Positions 24,523 to 36,028 of a DNA stretch of 62,416 bases are shown here, one piece after another. The position numbers and the translations under genes were made by a program. Within the stretch, counting starts at the first letter, position 1, and each line of letters begins with the position of its first letter. Origin of the DNA: Rhodospirillales bacterium (GTDB lineage Bacteria; Pseudomonadota; Alphaproteobacteria; Bin95); the NCBI GenBank assembly GCA_038143065.1, contig JAYQLI010000011.1, forward strand, positions 1 to 62,416. The letters are read 5' to 3'. Below the pieces are notes generated by a model. That model was not told the DNA's origin. It ran no database searches and saw nothing but the letters and a program-made list of their open reading frames with translations.

Positions 24523-24738
24523 ATGAACCTTGGCGGTAACGATTTTGCCAATAACGTCACACTTATCCTCGTATCGGTGCCAGCAGTATTATTTGCGCCC
24601 ATTTTAATCATTGGCTTCATCGAAACACAGTTTTTGCATGAAGAAGTGATAAACCTTCAAAATAGTGTGAATAGAATAATTTATTGGATTATCGTCACCG
24701 TTTCCCTTCTTCTGTTTAGCACGCTGGAAAATGGATAA
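24523..24738 (+). CDS. Small two-TM hypothetical protein
   Basis: Two hydrophobic stretches; overlaps the next ORF's start. Confidence 0.4.
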   Translation: MNLGGNDFANNVTLILVSVPAVLFAPILIIGFIETQFLHEEVINLQNSVNRIIYWIIVTVSLLLFSTLENG

Positions 24739-24970
24739 AAGCTATGCAACCGCAAAATGGATTAGGGTTAAGGCAAGCCCTGTAAATGACTCGCGCGCGC
24801 ATCAGACAGACGGAGAAACCTTCACAACAATAACAGTTGCTTGGAAGTTCACATTTGATGGAAAAGAGCATGAAGTACCCTTTTACTCACGAGACCAGTT
24901 TACACTTGATAGAGAGATTTACTGGAACCCAAAATCAAATAAAGTGGATAACGAGCTTCTTCATGAATAA
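24731..24970 (+). CDS. Small hypothetical protein
   Basis: 79-aa ORF overlapping both neighbours. Confidence 0.4.
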   Translation: MDKSYATAKWIRVKASPVNDSRAHQTDGETFTTITVAWKFTFDGKEHEVPFYSRDQFTLDREIYWNPKSNKVDNELLHE

Positions 24971-25148
24971 ACTAGCGTTTGTTATTTATGCAGTTATGAC
25001 AACATGGTGTGCTGTAGAAATTGTAAACCAAAGCATTGTAATCCAGCTCTCAGAGAACCTCTTGTTCATGGTACTGCCTATTCCTATCGGCTTTTTTATC
25101 TACCTGGAAATTAAAAGTCGAAGAACTTACCCCGGGCCATCAGATTAG
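24963..25148 (+). CDS. Small two-TM hypothetical protein
   Basis: MNKLAFVIYAVMTTW...LLFMVLPIPIGFFIYL. Confidence 0.4.
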   Translation: MNKLAFVIYAVMTTWCAVEIVNQSIVIQLSENLLFMVLPIPIGFFIYLEIKSRRTYPGPSD

Positions 25149-25428
25149 CGAGGTCTGATGCGTCTACGCGCGAGATGGGGCAAGTTTGCAGTAAAACTAT
25201 GAGCGGAAAGAACCCGGAAACCCGCAGCCATTCGTTTACGCTGTCAGCCTGATTAAGCTTCTGCTCCGCTTCTCTGGCTTTGTCCTGTTCGGCCAAAATG
25301 CGTGGACCCCACTCCGCTCCAATATCTGCAGGTTAGCAGATAAGCTGCAAGCTCAGATTCACTTAAGACTCCACATATTTCCCCTGCACCGCGTTACTCT
25401 GACAGCAATTAATTTTTTTGAGGACGGT

Positions 25429-25708
25429 ATGTCTGTAGAGATTAAACAAATCGATCGATAACTTTGAAGTGACAGTCTCGTCAGATGCAGTCACATAGCA
25501 CAAAGTTAAAATCTCTAACGAGGCCTACTATAGATATTCTCTTGGTGATGTTACCAAAGCTCAATTAGTGAATAAAGCTTTCCTATTTTTGTTACGAAAA
25601 GAACCCAACACATCTTTACTCACAAGCTTCAGTATCGAAGAAATAGAGAATTACTTTCCAGAGTTTAAGAATATAAAATCTATGGATTGGTTAGATATTT
25701 CAATCTAA
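25429..25708 (+). CDS. Small hypothetical protein (disrupted)
   Basis: RBS gagga; reconstructed FEVTV...FLFLLRKEPNTSLLTSFSIEEIENYFPEF; one indel and one stop. Confidence 0.45.
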
Positions 25709-25740
25709 GCATTTCTAGGCAGTGGCATTAAAAAACTGTT

Positions 25741-26282
25741 TCAATACCTATTCCACACATCATACTTCTTCCAGAGTTTGCATGATGTATTATCCATCAT
25801 GGTCTTTCCAAAATCGATGCCGTTTATTTTACAATAACCGACCACTCTATCGTAAGTGGTCGCACCCGTTAATGCGCACACCGCATATTGACCTTGAAAC
25901 CTTTGGCAAATTTCGTGACACGCTTACCCTCAGATGTGCTATTTTCAGGGCAATCTAGTGCGGAAATTTTACAGCTTTTCCTAATACCTCAAACGTATCC
26001 CCATCTCGCACATGCGTGATTTTACCTTCTAGAATGTTCTTATTTTGCTGAGTTTGAGTATCAGAGCTAGGAAGCCATGATAACTTGAAGTGATATACTC
26101 TGGTTTTCATAAAGCCAAAAGCCGCCCAAAACGGCCAAGCTGAAAAGAAATAGGATGCGGTTTGAACTGATGTTTCTAGGGTTTTTACGATAGACACGTT
26201 TAGGTCTATGACCAACTTTAAGGCCTTTTAGATATTTGTTTTTTTGCCAAGGAGAGCGTGGTTTTTTACTATTATCAATCAT
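25741..26282 (-). CDS. Thermonuclease (SNase)-family protein with N-terminal TM segment (frameshifted)
   Basis: EGKITHVRDGDTFEV, then ISALDCPE and TYDRVVGYC in the next frames. Confidence 0.75.
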
Positions 26283-26657
26283 CTTTAAACTAAACAGATG
26301 GTGGTCAGGCTGCCCAAATCCTTTTTTACCTTCATGGGATGGGCTGTTTAAGGTTATCAGAGTTTGGTCTGTTTGGGTTTGCTACCATCAGGCAAATAAG
26401 TGTTCTCCCTATTTATTCGCCTTCTGATGTTTTCCATAGAATATTCATTCAGACTTCTTTAGGTTTGCTAAATTTTCTAAACAAATACCTACCCAACAAA
26501 AAGGTTAGCAATATGGTGGTAGTCCTGTTGAAAAAATAGGATAGCGGCGGCTTGATATACATAATCGTCGTAAGGCGTGGTAAGAAATTGACTGAGTAAA
26601 GGCCAAGATCCTAGCCGCTCTTTTTTGCGAAATCCGCTAACGCAATCCACGTGTTTA

Positions 26658-26849
26658 GGTGGCGGTCGACCCACGAACTCACGCTATTCAGACATCAGCG
26701 CTTCACGCGAGGCATCCGCCAAACCATCCAAATCTAGTCTCATCATCTACTCCACTCCGTACAATCATCTCGTACTGAGCAGAGCCCGACGGTATTCGGG
26801 CATATCTACACACAGGCTTGCGGAGCGCGGAAGTCCAGTGGAAAGAGCA
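26658..26849 (-). repeat. Direct repeat copy A: leader plus 5' remnant of a DUF2924-like gene
   Basis: Aligns with 38229..38416; minus strand carries CCACTGGACTTCC and encodes MRLDLDGLADASREALMSE*REFVGRPPPKH. Confidence 0.8.
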
Positions 26850-26899
26850 GGGGATTGAAAATCCTCGTGTCGGTGGTTAAAATCCGCCCCCGGGCACCA
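26844..26899 (+). tRNA. tRNA-Phe(GAA) 3' fragment (pseudo-tRNA / att-like site)
   Basis: AGAGCAGGGGATTGAAAATCCTCGTGTCGGTGGTTAAAATCCGCCCCCGGGCACCA: anticodon arm, T-arm with degenerate loop and CCA end; no pairing 5' acceptor strand. Confidence 0.85.
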
Positions 26900-27020
26900 C
26901 TTTCCAGCTAGTAAATCGAAGAAAACCTAAGAAAACAGGGGTTTTGTGTTACGTCGGGATCATTTTCGGGACCGCTTTATGGACCATTTTATATGATGTT
27001 GTTACTTGCGCCCATCCAAG

Positions 27021-28060
27021 TCATGCAAATGTAGCGCCGATGATATTTTCGCGGGTGATTACGCCAGTCAAGATCGGGCTCGGTTTGAAGGGCCGGTTCT
27101 CTAGATGCGAAATCAGCGCCTCGACTGTTTGTTCAGCTACAATACGAACATTGAGGTGAATCACGATGTCCATTGTGCCATCCAATAGATATGATTTGGT
27201 GCGCGATGTAAGGTTATGGCCGATGAAGACGACCTCGTTTGCGACGCCTAAATCTCTCAGCGCACGCACGACGCCTTGATGTCCACCCCCAACGTTATAA
27301 ATACCGACAATATCGTCCCGTTGGCTGAATGCCTGCTGAACCCCCTGGTAGTTGCCTTCTGAGTCATCATGTCCATTAAGGGCTATAGCTTCTCTGATAT
27401 GTGAGAAATCCTGCCGCAAGCAGGCACGAAACCCGATCTCGCGATCTTCGTGCACGCGGTAGAGTTCACCGCCTGTGACCACGAGAACAGATCCCGCCTG
27501 CCGCGTGAGACGCCCCATCAGATAACCGGCGGTCCGGCCTGCGGCACGATTGTTTATACCGATGAAACCAATTGGCGCCGGATGTTCAAGCCCGGACATT
27601 ATGGTGAGTGTTGGGATGTTGAGTTTAGCGAGTCCTTCAACGGCGCCGTGCACGCGCGGATCTTCTAGCGCCTGAAACGCGACCGCGTCAACGCCTTGAC
27701 CTGCACATGCGTGGAGCTTTCTGGCCAGCAATGCCGGCTCCAGTTTCTTGGTGAAAACACATTCAATGGTAGCGTTACCGCGTGCGCCATAATCCTGAAG
27801 GCATTCGGCTAGAAGATCGGTCGATGGACCAGCCTCTCCGGGCAGGAACACCTTTAACCGCCAGGGTCTGGGGCGTGAACCGAGCGATGTACCGGCCTCT
27901 ATCGCGCGTTTGGCCTGAATTACCCGCTGTCGGGTCGACTCACCCACATGTGAGCGGTTGTTGAGAACGCGGTCAACCGTAGCTGTACCGACTCCTGCAA
28001 GCTTGGAGATCGCTGAAATTGTCGCCTTTTTTCGGAACGAATCTCATCTGAATCAGTCAT
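27021..28060 (-). CDS. LacI-family transcriptional regulator
   Basis: ATISAISKLAGVGTATVDRVLNNR HTH upstream of ORF 27021..27947; periplasmic-binding-protein-like domain. Confidence 0.9.
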
Positions 28061-28061
28061 A

Positions 28062-28136
28062 TTTACCATCAAATCACACCAAAAATGGTCATTACTTTAA
28101 ACAATTTACATCAATTTACATCAATTTATCAATTTA
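28062..28136. promoter_or_regulatory. Tandem CATCAA direct repeats in the divergent LacI/dctP promoter
   Basis: tttaccatcaaa ... tttacatcaa tttacatcaa tttatcaa. Confidence 0.45.
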
Positions 28137-28235
28137 ATGCAAGTTTTTATTGCCAATGGGCGCGCTCGCTGCAGATGCTCCGCCTCACTAGTAAATACAA
28201 TTACGCAGCCGATCAAATGGCAAAGGGAGGAACAA

Positions 28236-29227
28236 ATGAAATCTCTAACGAAAATCTTGGCAAGTGCTGCCAGCGGTGTTATCTGCGCGTCGACGGCGCT
28301 GGCTGCCGACTTCACCTTTACATATGGGCAGTCTCAGCCAGAAAGCTCTTCGCGCGGCCAGTCCATGGTCTTCTTCGAAAAGAAGTTGAAGCGCGTTCGA
28401 ACGGTCGGATCGACGTTCAGAACTTTTTTCGACAACACGCTCGAACCGAGCAGGAAATGTACGACCAAATGGCGACTGGCATTATTCAAGGACGCGCGGT
28501 GGTTTCTTCGCCAACGCAAATCCGCAGTTCAATATCTATCTGCTGCCGTTTCTGACCGCGGGCTGGGATGAAATGCGTTGTCTCGTAGGTTCTGATTTCA
28601 CGGATTCTGTCGAAGCCGCTGCTGGAAATGGGGTTCATGTTCCGGCGACCGGAGTTAGCCAAGGTTTCCGGATGTACACAAACAATGTACGCCCGATCAA
28701 TCAGGTATCGGATTTGCAGGGCTTGAAAATTCGCGAACCACAGACGGACTTCTTTATCGCGGTAGCTGAGTCGATGGGGTCGATTGTGACTCCCATGGCG
28801 TTCTCGGAGCTGTATCAGGCGTTCAAAACCGGCGTCATTGATGGTCAGCATAATCCGCCGTCCAACATTTGGAACGCGAAACTTTACGAAGTGCAGAAAT
28901 ATCTGAGCGTCACAAACCATATGACTGGACCAGACCCAATGCTGATTAACAAGGCGTGGTATGATAGTCTCCCGGCGGATCTTCAGCAGATCGTGAATGA
29001 AGTTGCAGATGAAGCCCTGAAGCTGAATGATGAACTTGCTCAAGCGGCTGAATTCAAGTTGCTTGGATGAGCTTGGAGCCCACATGGAAATTAACACGCT
29101 CTCCGCTGATGGCGTTGCGTCATTCCAAGCAGCGGTTGCTCCTGTTTATCAAGCAGGCATTGACGCTGGACACTACTCCCAGGCTGATCTGGATGCCGCA
29201 ATGGCCGCGGCCAAGTCTTGTAAATAG
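28236..29227 (+). CDS. dctP: TRAP substrate-binding protein (frameshifted)
   Basis: Signal peptide, DLQGLKIR, PMAFSELYQAFKTGVIDGQHNP, YEVQKYLS. Confidence 0.9.
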
Positions 29228-29243
29228 ATCGGCATAGTCGATA

Positions 29244-29270
29244 CCTTGCCCTGCTTTCGAGTAGGGCAGG
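29244..29270 (+). terminator. Stem-loop after dctP (mRNA stabilisation or attenuation)
   Basis: gccctgct-ttcg-agtagggc hairpin, no U-tract. Confidence 0.4.
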
Positions 29271-29336
29271 AACTATCTTAGGTCGACCGCGTGGCCCACG
29301 TAAACTTGGGCTAGGCGCCTTTTCGACGGTGAGAAA

Positions 29337-29843
29337 ATGGAAGCGCTAAAATCGTTCGAAGACTGGCTTACCAAGTTCCTGGAATGGATATTGGTTGGAT
29401 TATTCGGTCTTTTCATCATCCTCGTTATCTCAATCGTCGTCCTGCGCTTCGGATTTAACTACGGAGTCGTCGGTAGTGACGAACTCGTCCGAAAGAGTTT
29501 TGTTTTCACCAGCGCAATTGGGGGGGCGGTGGGCATCACTCGGCAGGAACACATAGCGATCACCTTCTTCATCGACAGCGGACCGCGCGCGCTGAAAAAA
29601 GCTCTTTTTTTGGTTGGCCTGTTTCTTGTTGGATTAATCAACGTTGCGATGATCTGGTACGCATGGAGTTGGATCGGCACTACGGGCAGTTACCCATGGC
29701 AACCGTTCAATCTTCCCAAAGTTATTGTGCAAAGCGCGGTACCGATTGGGTGTGGTCTTGCGACATTGGCCTGCGCGATGAAAATTGTTCTGACGCTCGG
29801 CGGGTGGGTGAACCTCGACGTTGTCTGGCTGCCGGAGGATTAA
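29337..29843 (+). CDS. dctQ: TRAP small permease
   Basis: Four TM segments, SDELVR, EHIAITFF. Confidence 0.88.
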   Translation: MEALKSFEDWLTKFLEWILVGLFGLFIILVISIVVLRFGFNYGVVGSDELVRKSFVFTSAIGGAVGITRQEHIAITFFIDSGPRALKKALFLVGLFLVGLINVAMIWYAWSWIGTTGSYPWQPFNLPKVIVQSAVPIGCGLATLACAMKIVLTLGGWVNLDVVWLPED

Positions 29844-29847
29844 TTCG

Positions 29848-31126
29848 GTGATCATTCTACTTATCAGCCTATTCATCCTTCTGCTTGTCGGCGTCCCGAT
29901 CGCCTATTCGCTCGGCCTGTCCGCTATGGCTTACTTCCTAATTGAAAAGCCGATGCTGACGGGAATCCTGCCCCAAAAGTTCTTTGCGGGTATGGACAGT
30001 TTTGCCCTTGTTTCATTGCCTCTATTCATCCTGATGGGTCTCGTCATGAACAGCGGTGGTATCACAGCCCGACTACTTGATCTGTCCATGTTCTTCGTCG
30101 GGCGCCTTAAAGGCGGCCTTGGCCTAGTTAATGTCGTCGCCTCAATGATCTTTGGCGGCATCTCTGGTTCCTCTGCCTCGGACACCGCCTCCATCGGATC
30201 AGTGCTGATCCCCGAAATGGAGAAGCGAGGTTACACGAAAAGCTTTGCAGCGGGGATCACGGTTGCATCTTCAACCATGGGAATGATTATTCCGCCATCG
30301 GTGCCGATGATCTTATATGCGATTGTAGCGCAGGAAAGCGTGGGGCAGCTGTTCTTGGGAGGCATCATTCCTGGGGTTATGGTTGGTGCGTTCCAACTGT
30401 TGTTGGTCTACTGGGTAGCCAAACGCAAGGATTTCCCAACCGAAGATATTCCGTTCACGATGCAGGAAGGGGTTCGTCAGCTCAAAAGGTCGGCGGTCGT
30501 CGTAATCATGCCCGTGCTGATTGTTGGTTCGGTTGTATTTGGCATCGCCTCACCAACCGAAACCGCTGGGCTGGCTGTCGCCTACGGGCTTTTGATCGGG
30601 CTCGCGATCACTGGGACCTCAGTTTTGAAGGAAATGCCTAAACTGATGCGCAGTGCCATCATCACTTCGGCCAAGATCATGATGATTATAGCATTTTCAC
30701 AGCTATATTTGGGTTCTGGCGCTCGAACGGGTACCTGATCTATTGGCTGATTTTGTGATCAGTTTAGGACTAGGGCCGATTGGACTGATGCTCGTGATTG
30801 CGCTTTTGGTTCTTATTGTCGGCACCTTTATTGACGTTAGTCCGGCGATCTTGTTGCTAACGCCGGTACTTTTGCCAGCCGCTCAATCGGTTGGCGTGTC
30901 GGGCGTGCATTTCGGCGTCGTTTTGGTCAGTGGACTTGCTGTCGGTGCCTGTACCCCACCCGTGGGGAATTGCTTGAACGTTTGCGCCGCGATTGCGCGC
31001 ATGGGAATCGGTCAGATATTCATTGGCGCGGCACCGTTCCTGGTGGCCAACGTCGCTGTTCTGGTTCTGCTTTGCCTTTTCCCACAGCTTGTACTTTGGA
31101 TCCCGGAGGTGTTTTTTGGATACTGA
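29848..31126 (+). CDS. dctM: TRAP large permease (frameshifted)
   Basis: GGISGSSASD, GMIIPPSVPM, TPPVGN. Confidence 0.9.
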
Positions 31127-31252
31127 CAATCTTAGGTTCATTGGGGTGTTTCGGGAAACGGCCTGGCGCATCGCGCAAGAAAACCCCGACCATAATGCGC
31201 TTAGGCGTTAACCTCGAAATTTGCTCCGCATTGCTGCGGCAACCAAGGAAAA

Positions 31253-32163
31253 ATGATGATGAATACTGGTGTAGTTGGCTTAGGCGACATGGGCTCTGGA
31301 CTGGCAAAAAATCTGATCAAGTCTGGGTTTCCGTCTTCTGGATTTGACCTGAGTGAATCCAGAATGAAGGCGTTTTCCGATTTGGGAGGAAGTCCCGCAG
31401 CTAGCGTAAAGGATCTCGCCCGAAAAACTGACGTGGCATTTGTCATGGTCATGACCGGCGATCAGGCGAAGTCAGTGATCCTCGGTGATGATGGTTTGGC
31501 GGCAAACATGCCGAAAGGTTCAGTCATAATTCTAACTGCGACGATAAAACCAAATGAAGCGACTGAAATTGGAAAGGCCTTGAATGGGACTGGAATCGGT
31601 TTGGTCGACAGCCCAGTCTCAGGCGGATTTCCCGGCGCGCAAGGTGGTACACTTACAATGATGGCTGCTGGATCTGATGCCGATATGAAGACCGCAAGGC
31701 CAGCAATGGAGGCCATATCCAGTACTATTTGGAAGGTCGGAGATCAACCAGGTCAAGGCCAAACGGTAAAAGCGTGCCTACAATCGCTTTTGGGGCGATG
31801 TTCTCGGCGACGTTCGAGGCCGCTGCCATGGCTGCTAAGGCAGGGATAAGTGGTCAGGCGTTTTACAACGTCGTCGCCAATGGTTCGGGCGGGTGTACGG
31901 TTACGAAGGCTGCTCTTGAAAATATCATTGATCGAAAATTCGAGGGAACTGGCAGTCACATTGCCACAATGCACAAGGATCTTACGATTTCTATGAATTT
32001 AGGCGAACAGCTGGGTGTACCGCTCCATACTGCTGCCGCTGCTATGCAGATCTTTCACGCTGGCAAAACCAAATACCCAGATGGCGACAACTGGGTTTGC
32101 ACGCGCGTTATCGAAGAAATCGTTGGCGCAGAACTTCATAGGGATGGAGCAAGACAGATATGA
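31253..32163 (+). CDS. Beta-hydroxyacid dehydrogenase (3-hydroxyisobutyrate/L-threonate dehydrogenase family; frameshifted)
   Basis: GVVGLGDMGSGLA, VDSPVSGG, GQTVK, HKDL. Confidence 0.85.
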
Positions 32164-33021
32164 AACTGGGCGTAATTTGTGACGGCATAAGCCGCGACCT
32201 ATCTCGTGCGTTGGATGTCATGGACGAATTTGGCTTGGAATATGCAGAGCTACAATTCGTCGGCGAAAATGAAGTCGGCGATCACTCCGCAGAACAAGTC
32301 AAAACGATCGATCGGTTACTACGCGATCGTGGAAAGCCTGTTTCTTGCCTTTCGAGGCATATATTTGCGGGCATGACATCTGCCAATCGGCCGGGTGACG
32401 AGCTTCATACCCAACACATGGATGCCTTAAAGCGCGTTATCGAAATGGCCCATGTCGTTGGATCGCCGCTGGTGCGCATCATGACGCAGAAAAAGAGCAA
32501 ATTCTGTGGGGCCGCAATGGAGCCGAAAAGTGGAATGTAGCTCATGGGGCATGGGAAACGATGCCGCCTTTAATCGCGCCAGCCTGCGAGCTTGCAAGAT
32601 CTGAAGGCATCACGTTGGTCGTGGAAACTGGAAACGGCACAATGGTCAATTCAAACTACACCGCCCGCCGTTTGATCGACGAACTGGACGCCAAGGACGT
32701 GCTCAAGGTGCTGTGGGACCCAGCCAATAACTGCTGGTGCCACGAACGCGCCTATCCGGACGGCTATAATGAGGTCCGGAATGGTTATCTCGGCCACGTA
32801 CATATCAAGGACGTGCAGGTCGATACCCCGAAGGCCACACTTGAGGTACGCGAAATGGGCAAGGGCAGCTTGCTGATCAGTTCCACCCATTGGCCGATGC
32901 AATGCGTGCGGACGGGTATGACGCTGTCATCAGCTTTGAAAGCGTCTACCACCCTGGAAACGGAAACTTCGAGGACGGGTTCAGGCGGTGTATCGACCTC
33001 TTCAAAGAGATTTTCGGTTGA
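32160..33021 (+). CDS. Xylose-isomerase-like TIM-barrel (AP_endonuc_2) sugar isomerase/dehydratase (frameshifted)
   Basis: LVVET, LWDPAN, HVHIKD and SFES metal-ligand pattern. Confidence 0.8.
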
Positions 33022-33030
33022 GGAAACAGT

Positions 33031-34179
33031 ATGAGAAACTTTCGCGTCGGACTAATCGGCACTGGGCGGATCAGCGAAGTTTATTTACGAAATTGTGCGG
33101 CCTTTGGCGAACTGGAGATTGTTGCCTGCGGATCGCTGAACATGGATGAAAGCCACGCCAAGGCGGCAGAGTTTGGCGTGCCGCGCGTGGCGTTACCAGA
33201 GGAAATCATCGCCGATCCAGAGATTGATTCGATCCTCAATCTGACCATTCCGGCGGCCCACGCCAACGTCAGTATCGCCGCGCTTGAATCGGGCAAACAT
33301 GTCTATTCGGAGAAACCTTTCGTCACGGATCTCATGGATGGACGTCGTATTTTGGATTTGGCGCGCGAAAAGGGCCTGACCGTTAGCAATGCACCAGATA
33401 CCTTTCTGGGTGGGCGCTGGCAGACGGTGCGAAAACTACTTGATAGCGGTGTCATCGGGGCACCAACTGGAGTGGCCGCATTCGTACCCACGCGTGGCGT
33501 CGAACGCCACCACCCAAACCCGGATTTCTATTATGCCAAAGGCGGCGGGCCGCTTCTTGATTTGGGTCCTTACTACTTGACGGCGATGGTATTTCTCTTG
33601 GGTCCGATCCGACAGGTCGCGGCCATGGGCAAGAAGACCTTCGCCGCTCGGATGATCGAGAACGGACCGCGCAATGGCCAGGTGATGCCGGTCGAGGAAG
33701 ACACCCATTGCCTTAACCTCATCGCATTTGAAAACGGGGTAATCGGTGAGATGATGGTCAGCTTCGACGTCTGGGAAAGCGAAACCCCGCGTTTCGAGAT
33801 CTATGGCGAGGACGGCACTATTTGCATCCCTGATGCTGACCCTGGCGATGGAGCGAATATCTTTCATGGACCTGTTTGGTATCGCACCCGAAAAGAGGCA
33901 CGTTGGAGCATGCGACCCCGACCCGTTGCCCCAGCGGAGTGGTGCGTTGCCAGGAACACTCATGGCTTTAACTACGATGCGCGTGGTGTTGGCCTATTGG
34001 AAATGGCGGATGCCGTCACCAATGGCCGCACCCCCCGCGCAAGCGGCGCGTTGGCCTATCACATAACCGAGGCGATGCAGGCCATGTTGACTTCTGCCCG
34101 AGAGGCTCGGTTTGTCGAAGTGGCCAGTACCTGCGCGCGGCCTAAACCTCTACCCGAAAACTTCCCGGAAGATTGCTAA
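33031..34179 (+). CDS. Gfo/Idh/MocA oxidoreductase
   Basis: GLIGTGRIS, GKHVYSEKP, GGGPLLDLGPYY. Confidence 0.92.
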   Translation: MRNFRVGLIGTGRISEVYLRNCAAFGELEIVACGSLNMDESHAKAAEFGVPRVALPEEIIADPEIDSILNLTIPAAHANVSIAALESGKHVYSEKPFVTDLMDGRRILDLAREKGLTVSNAPDTFLGGRWQTVRKLLDSGVIGAPTGVAAFVPTRGVERHHPNPDFYYAKGGGPLLDLGPYYLTAMVFLLGPIRQVAAMGKKTFAARMIENGPRNGQVMPVEEDTHCLNLIAFENGVIGEMMVSFDVWESETPRFEIYGEDGTICIPDADPGDGANIFHGPVWYRTRKEARWSMRPRPVAPAEWCVARNTHGFNYDARGVGLLEMADAVTNGRTPRASGALAYHITEAMQAMLTSAREARFVEVASTCARPKPLPENFPEDC

Positions 34180-34182
34180 ACC

Positions 34183-34842
34183 ATGCCGATCCAAACTCTT
34201 GATATCGCCGAACCATTTTTCACAATCAGGCTGATCACGGATGATCAATCCTATCCGATTGAAGGCAAGGTCATCCTCCTCAATCTCTCAGAAACCCCAA
34301 TACGCATCCGCGAACAATCGCTCGGCGCCCTGCAATCAGTAGTGTTGGCTAATACGATTGCCGAGGATGTCACCCATGCTGCCGTGATCGAGCGTTTCGC
34401 CGATTACGAGGATGAAGACGCGTTGATGGCGCGTGTGCGCGGCACCTGGCCTTCTGCCTTCGAAGTACGTCAGGAAGAGCGCCTGCGCGGCATCGGGCAC
34501 TATATGTCGCCCAAGGTCTGGATTGGACAGTTTGGCTTCACCGTGTATCACTCTTCTACTGTGCCATTGAATGTAGGCCTGCATCGTGAACATGCCTTCT
34601 GCCCGGTGCCGGGCTTTCGTGAGGTGCACACACAAATCATGGGGTTTGGTAAGATGCAGCAATGCCGTGAAAAGGACGTGGCGTCGCTTTATCTAGAAGA
34701 ACCTATGGCGCCGGGCACCACGCATCGCCCGATGTATGATGCTGCAGGCAAATTCCCGTGGCATCAGTTTGAAACTATCACGCCCTCAATCTTCATGGCG
34801 GTTGAGATGCTGCCCGAAGGCGCGATCCCTCCGGAGCTTTGA
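34183..34842 (+). CDS. Cupin-like metalloprotein resembling the aldos-2-ulose dehydratase/isomerase cupin domain
   Basis: GLHREH..FREVHTQIMGFGKMQ...THRPM...FPWH pattern (family recall, not searched). Confidence 0.5.
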   Translation: MPIQTLDIAEPFFTIRLITDDQSYPIEGKVILLNLSETPIRIREQSLGALQSVVLANTIAEDVTHAAVIERFADYEDEDALMARVRGTWPSAFEVRQEERLRGIGHYMSPKVWIGQFGFTVYHSSTVPLNVGLHREHAFCPVPGFREVHTQIMGFGKMQQCREKDVASLYLEEPMAPGTTHRPMYDAAGKFPWHQFETITPSIFMAVEMLPEGAIPPEL

Positions 34843-34845
34843 TCC

Positions 34846-36028
34846 ATGTCTATTTTGCCAGTGACCTTTGACTTTAACGGTGCCTGCCCCTCGCAGTCCC
34901 GCCGCTTGCGCCTTGGCGTTGTTGGTGGAGGGCGAATATCGCATACTCAGGCAATGGCGGCGCGGCTGACGGACCGCTGGGAGGTCGTGGCTGGGGCGCT
35001 GTCCTCGGATCCCGCCCGCGCCAAAGCGGCCGCGAGGATTGGCACCTGCCCGAAGAGCGGTGTTACACCTCTTTCGTCGAGATGGCCGATGCTGAAGCCA
35101 ATCGCGCCGATGGTGTTGATGCGGTAATGATCACCACGCCCAATCATGTGCATTACGAAGCGGCGCTGGCCTTCCTTGATGCCGGGATTGACGTGCTTTG
35201 TGACAAGCCGCTGACCAATGAGATGGCCGACGCTGATGCCCTGGTTGATGCCACAGCCAGAACGGGATGCGTATTTGGCGTCTCCTACGTCATGTCTTGT
35301 TTCGCGATGATCCGGCAGGCGCGCGAGATCGTGGCAGCAGGTGGCGTCGGCAAGATCAACCAGATCCACGTGGAGTTCATGCAGGATTGGATGACGTCCG
35401 ACGATGTTGCCGAGGCAGCTCATGTAAAATGGCGGCTCGACCCTGCGAAGTCAGGGCGCACCTCCTGTGTTGGCGATATCGGTACCCACGCGGTGCATCT
35501 CGCACAGTTTGTCAGTCATCTGCCCTAACGCACCTGCGCAGCGAATTCCATGTCTGCGGCGCACCAAAGCCGCTGGAAGACACGTTTTTTGCGTGGACCC
35601 GCTATGCAGCTGACGTGCCGGGCACACTGTTAGCGACACGCCTTGCCCCAGGCAATCGCGGTGGTTTGCGGCTGCGCATTTTCGGCTCCGAAGGCGGGCT
35701 GGAATGGGACCTGGAGCATTCGGAGTATCTCAAACACGCCCGCTTCGGAGAGCCCGACCGTATTCTTAGCCGTGGCCATGCGCATGGTGTATCACAAAGA
35801 ACCGAACGTCTTATCCGTACGGGTCGCGGGTTCCCAGAAGGACTAATCGAGGCCTGGGGCAATCTTTATACAGAATTCGCGCTGGCCACAGCTGCTCGTC
35901 GAGACCAGATAAAGGTACCGGACACCTGGCTGGACATGCCACGAGTGGCTGATGGAGCTGCCGGTGTCCAGTTCATCGACGCGACGGTTCGCTCGAATGA
36001 AAAGGGCGGCGCATGGGTAATTATCTAG
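34846..36028 (+). CDS. Gfo/Idh/MocA oxidoreductase (frameshifted)
   Basis: LGVVGGG, ITTPNHVH, CDKPL, GDIGTHA. Confidence 0.88.

Noticed and set aside
26825-26899. Intact tRNA-Phe gene
   Set aside because: Acceptor and D stems do not pair properly and the T-loop is TTAAAAT
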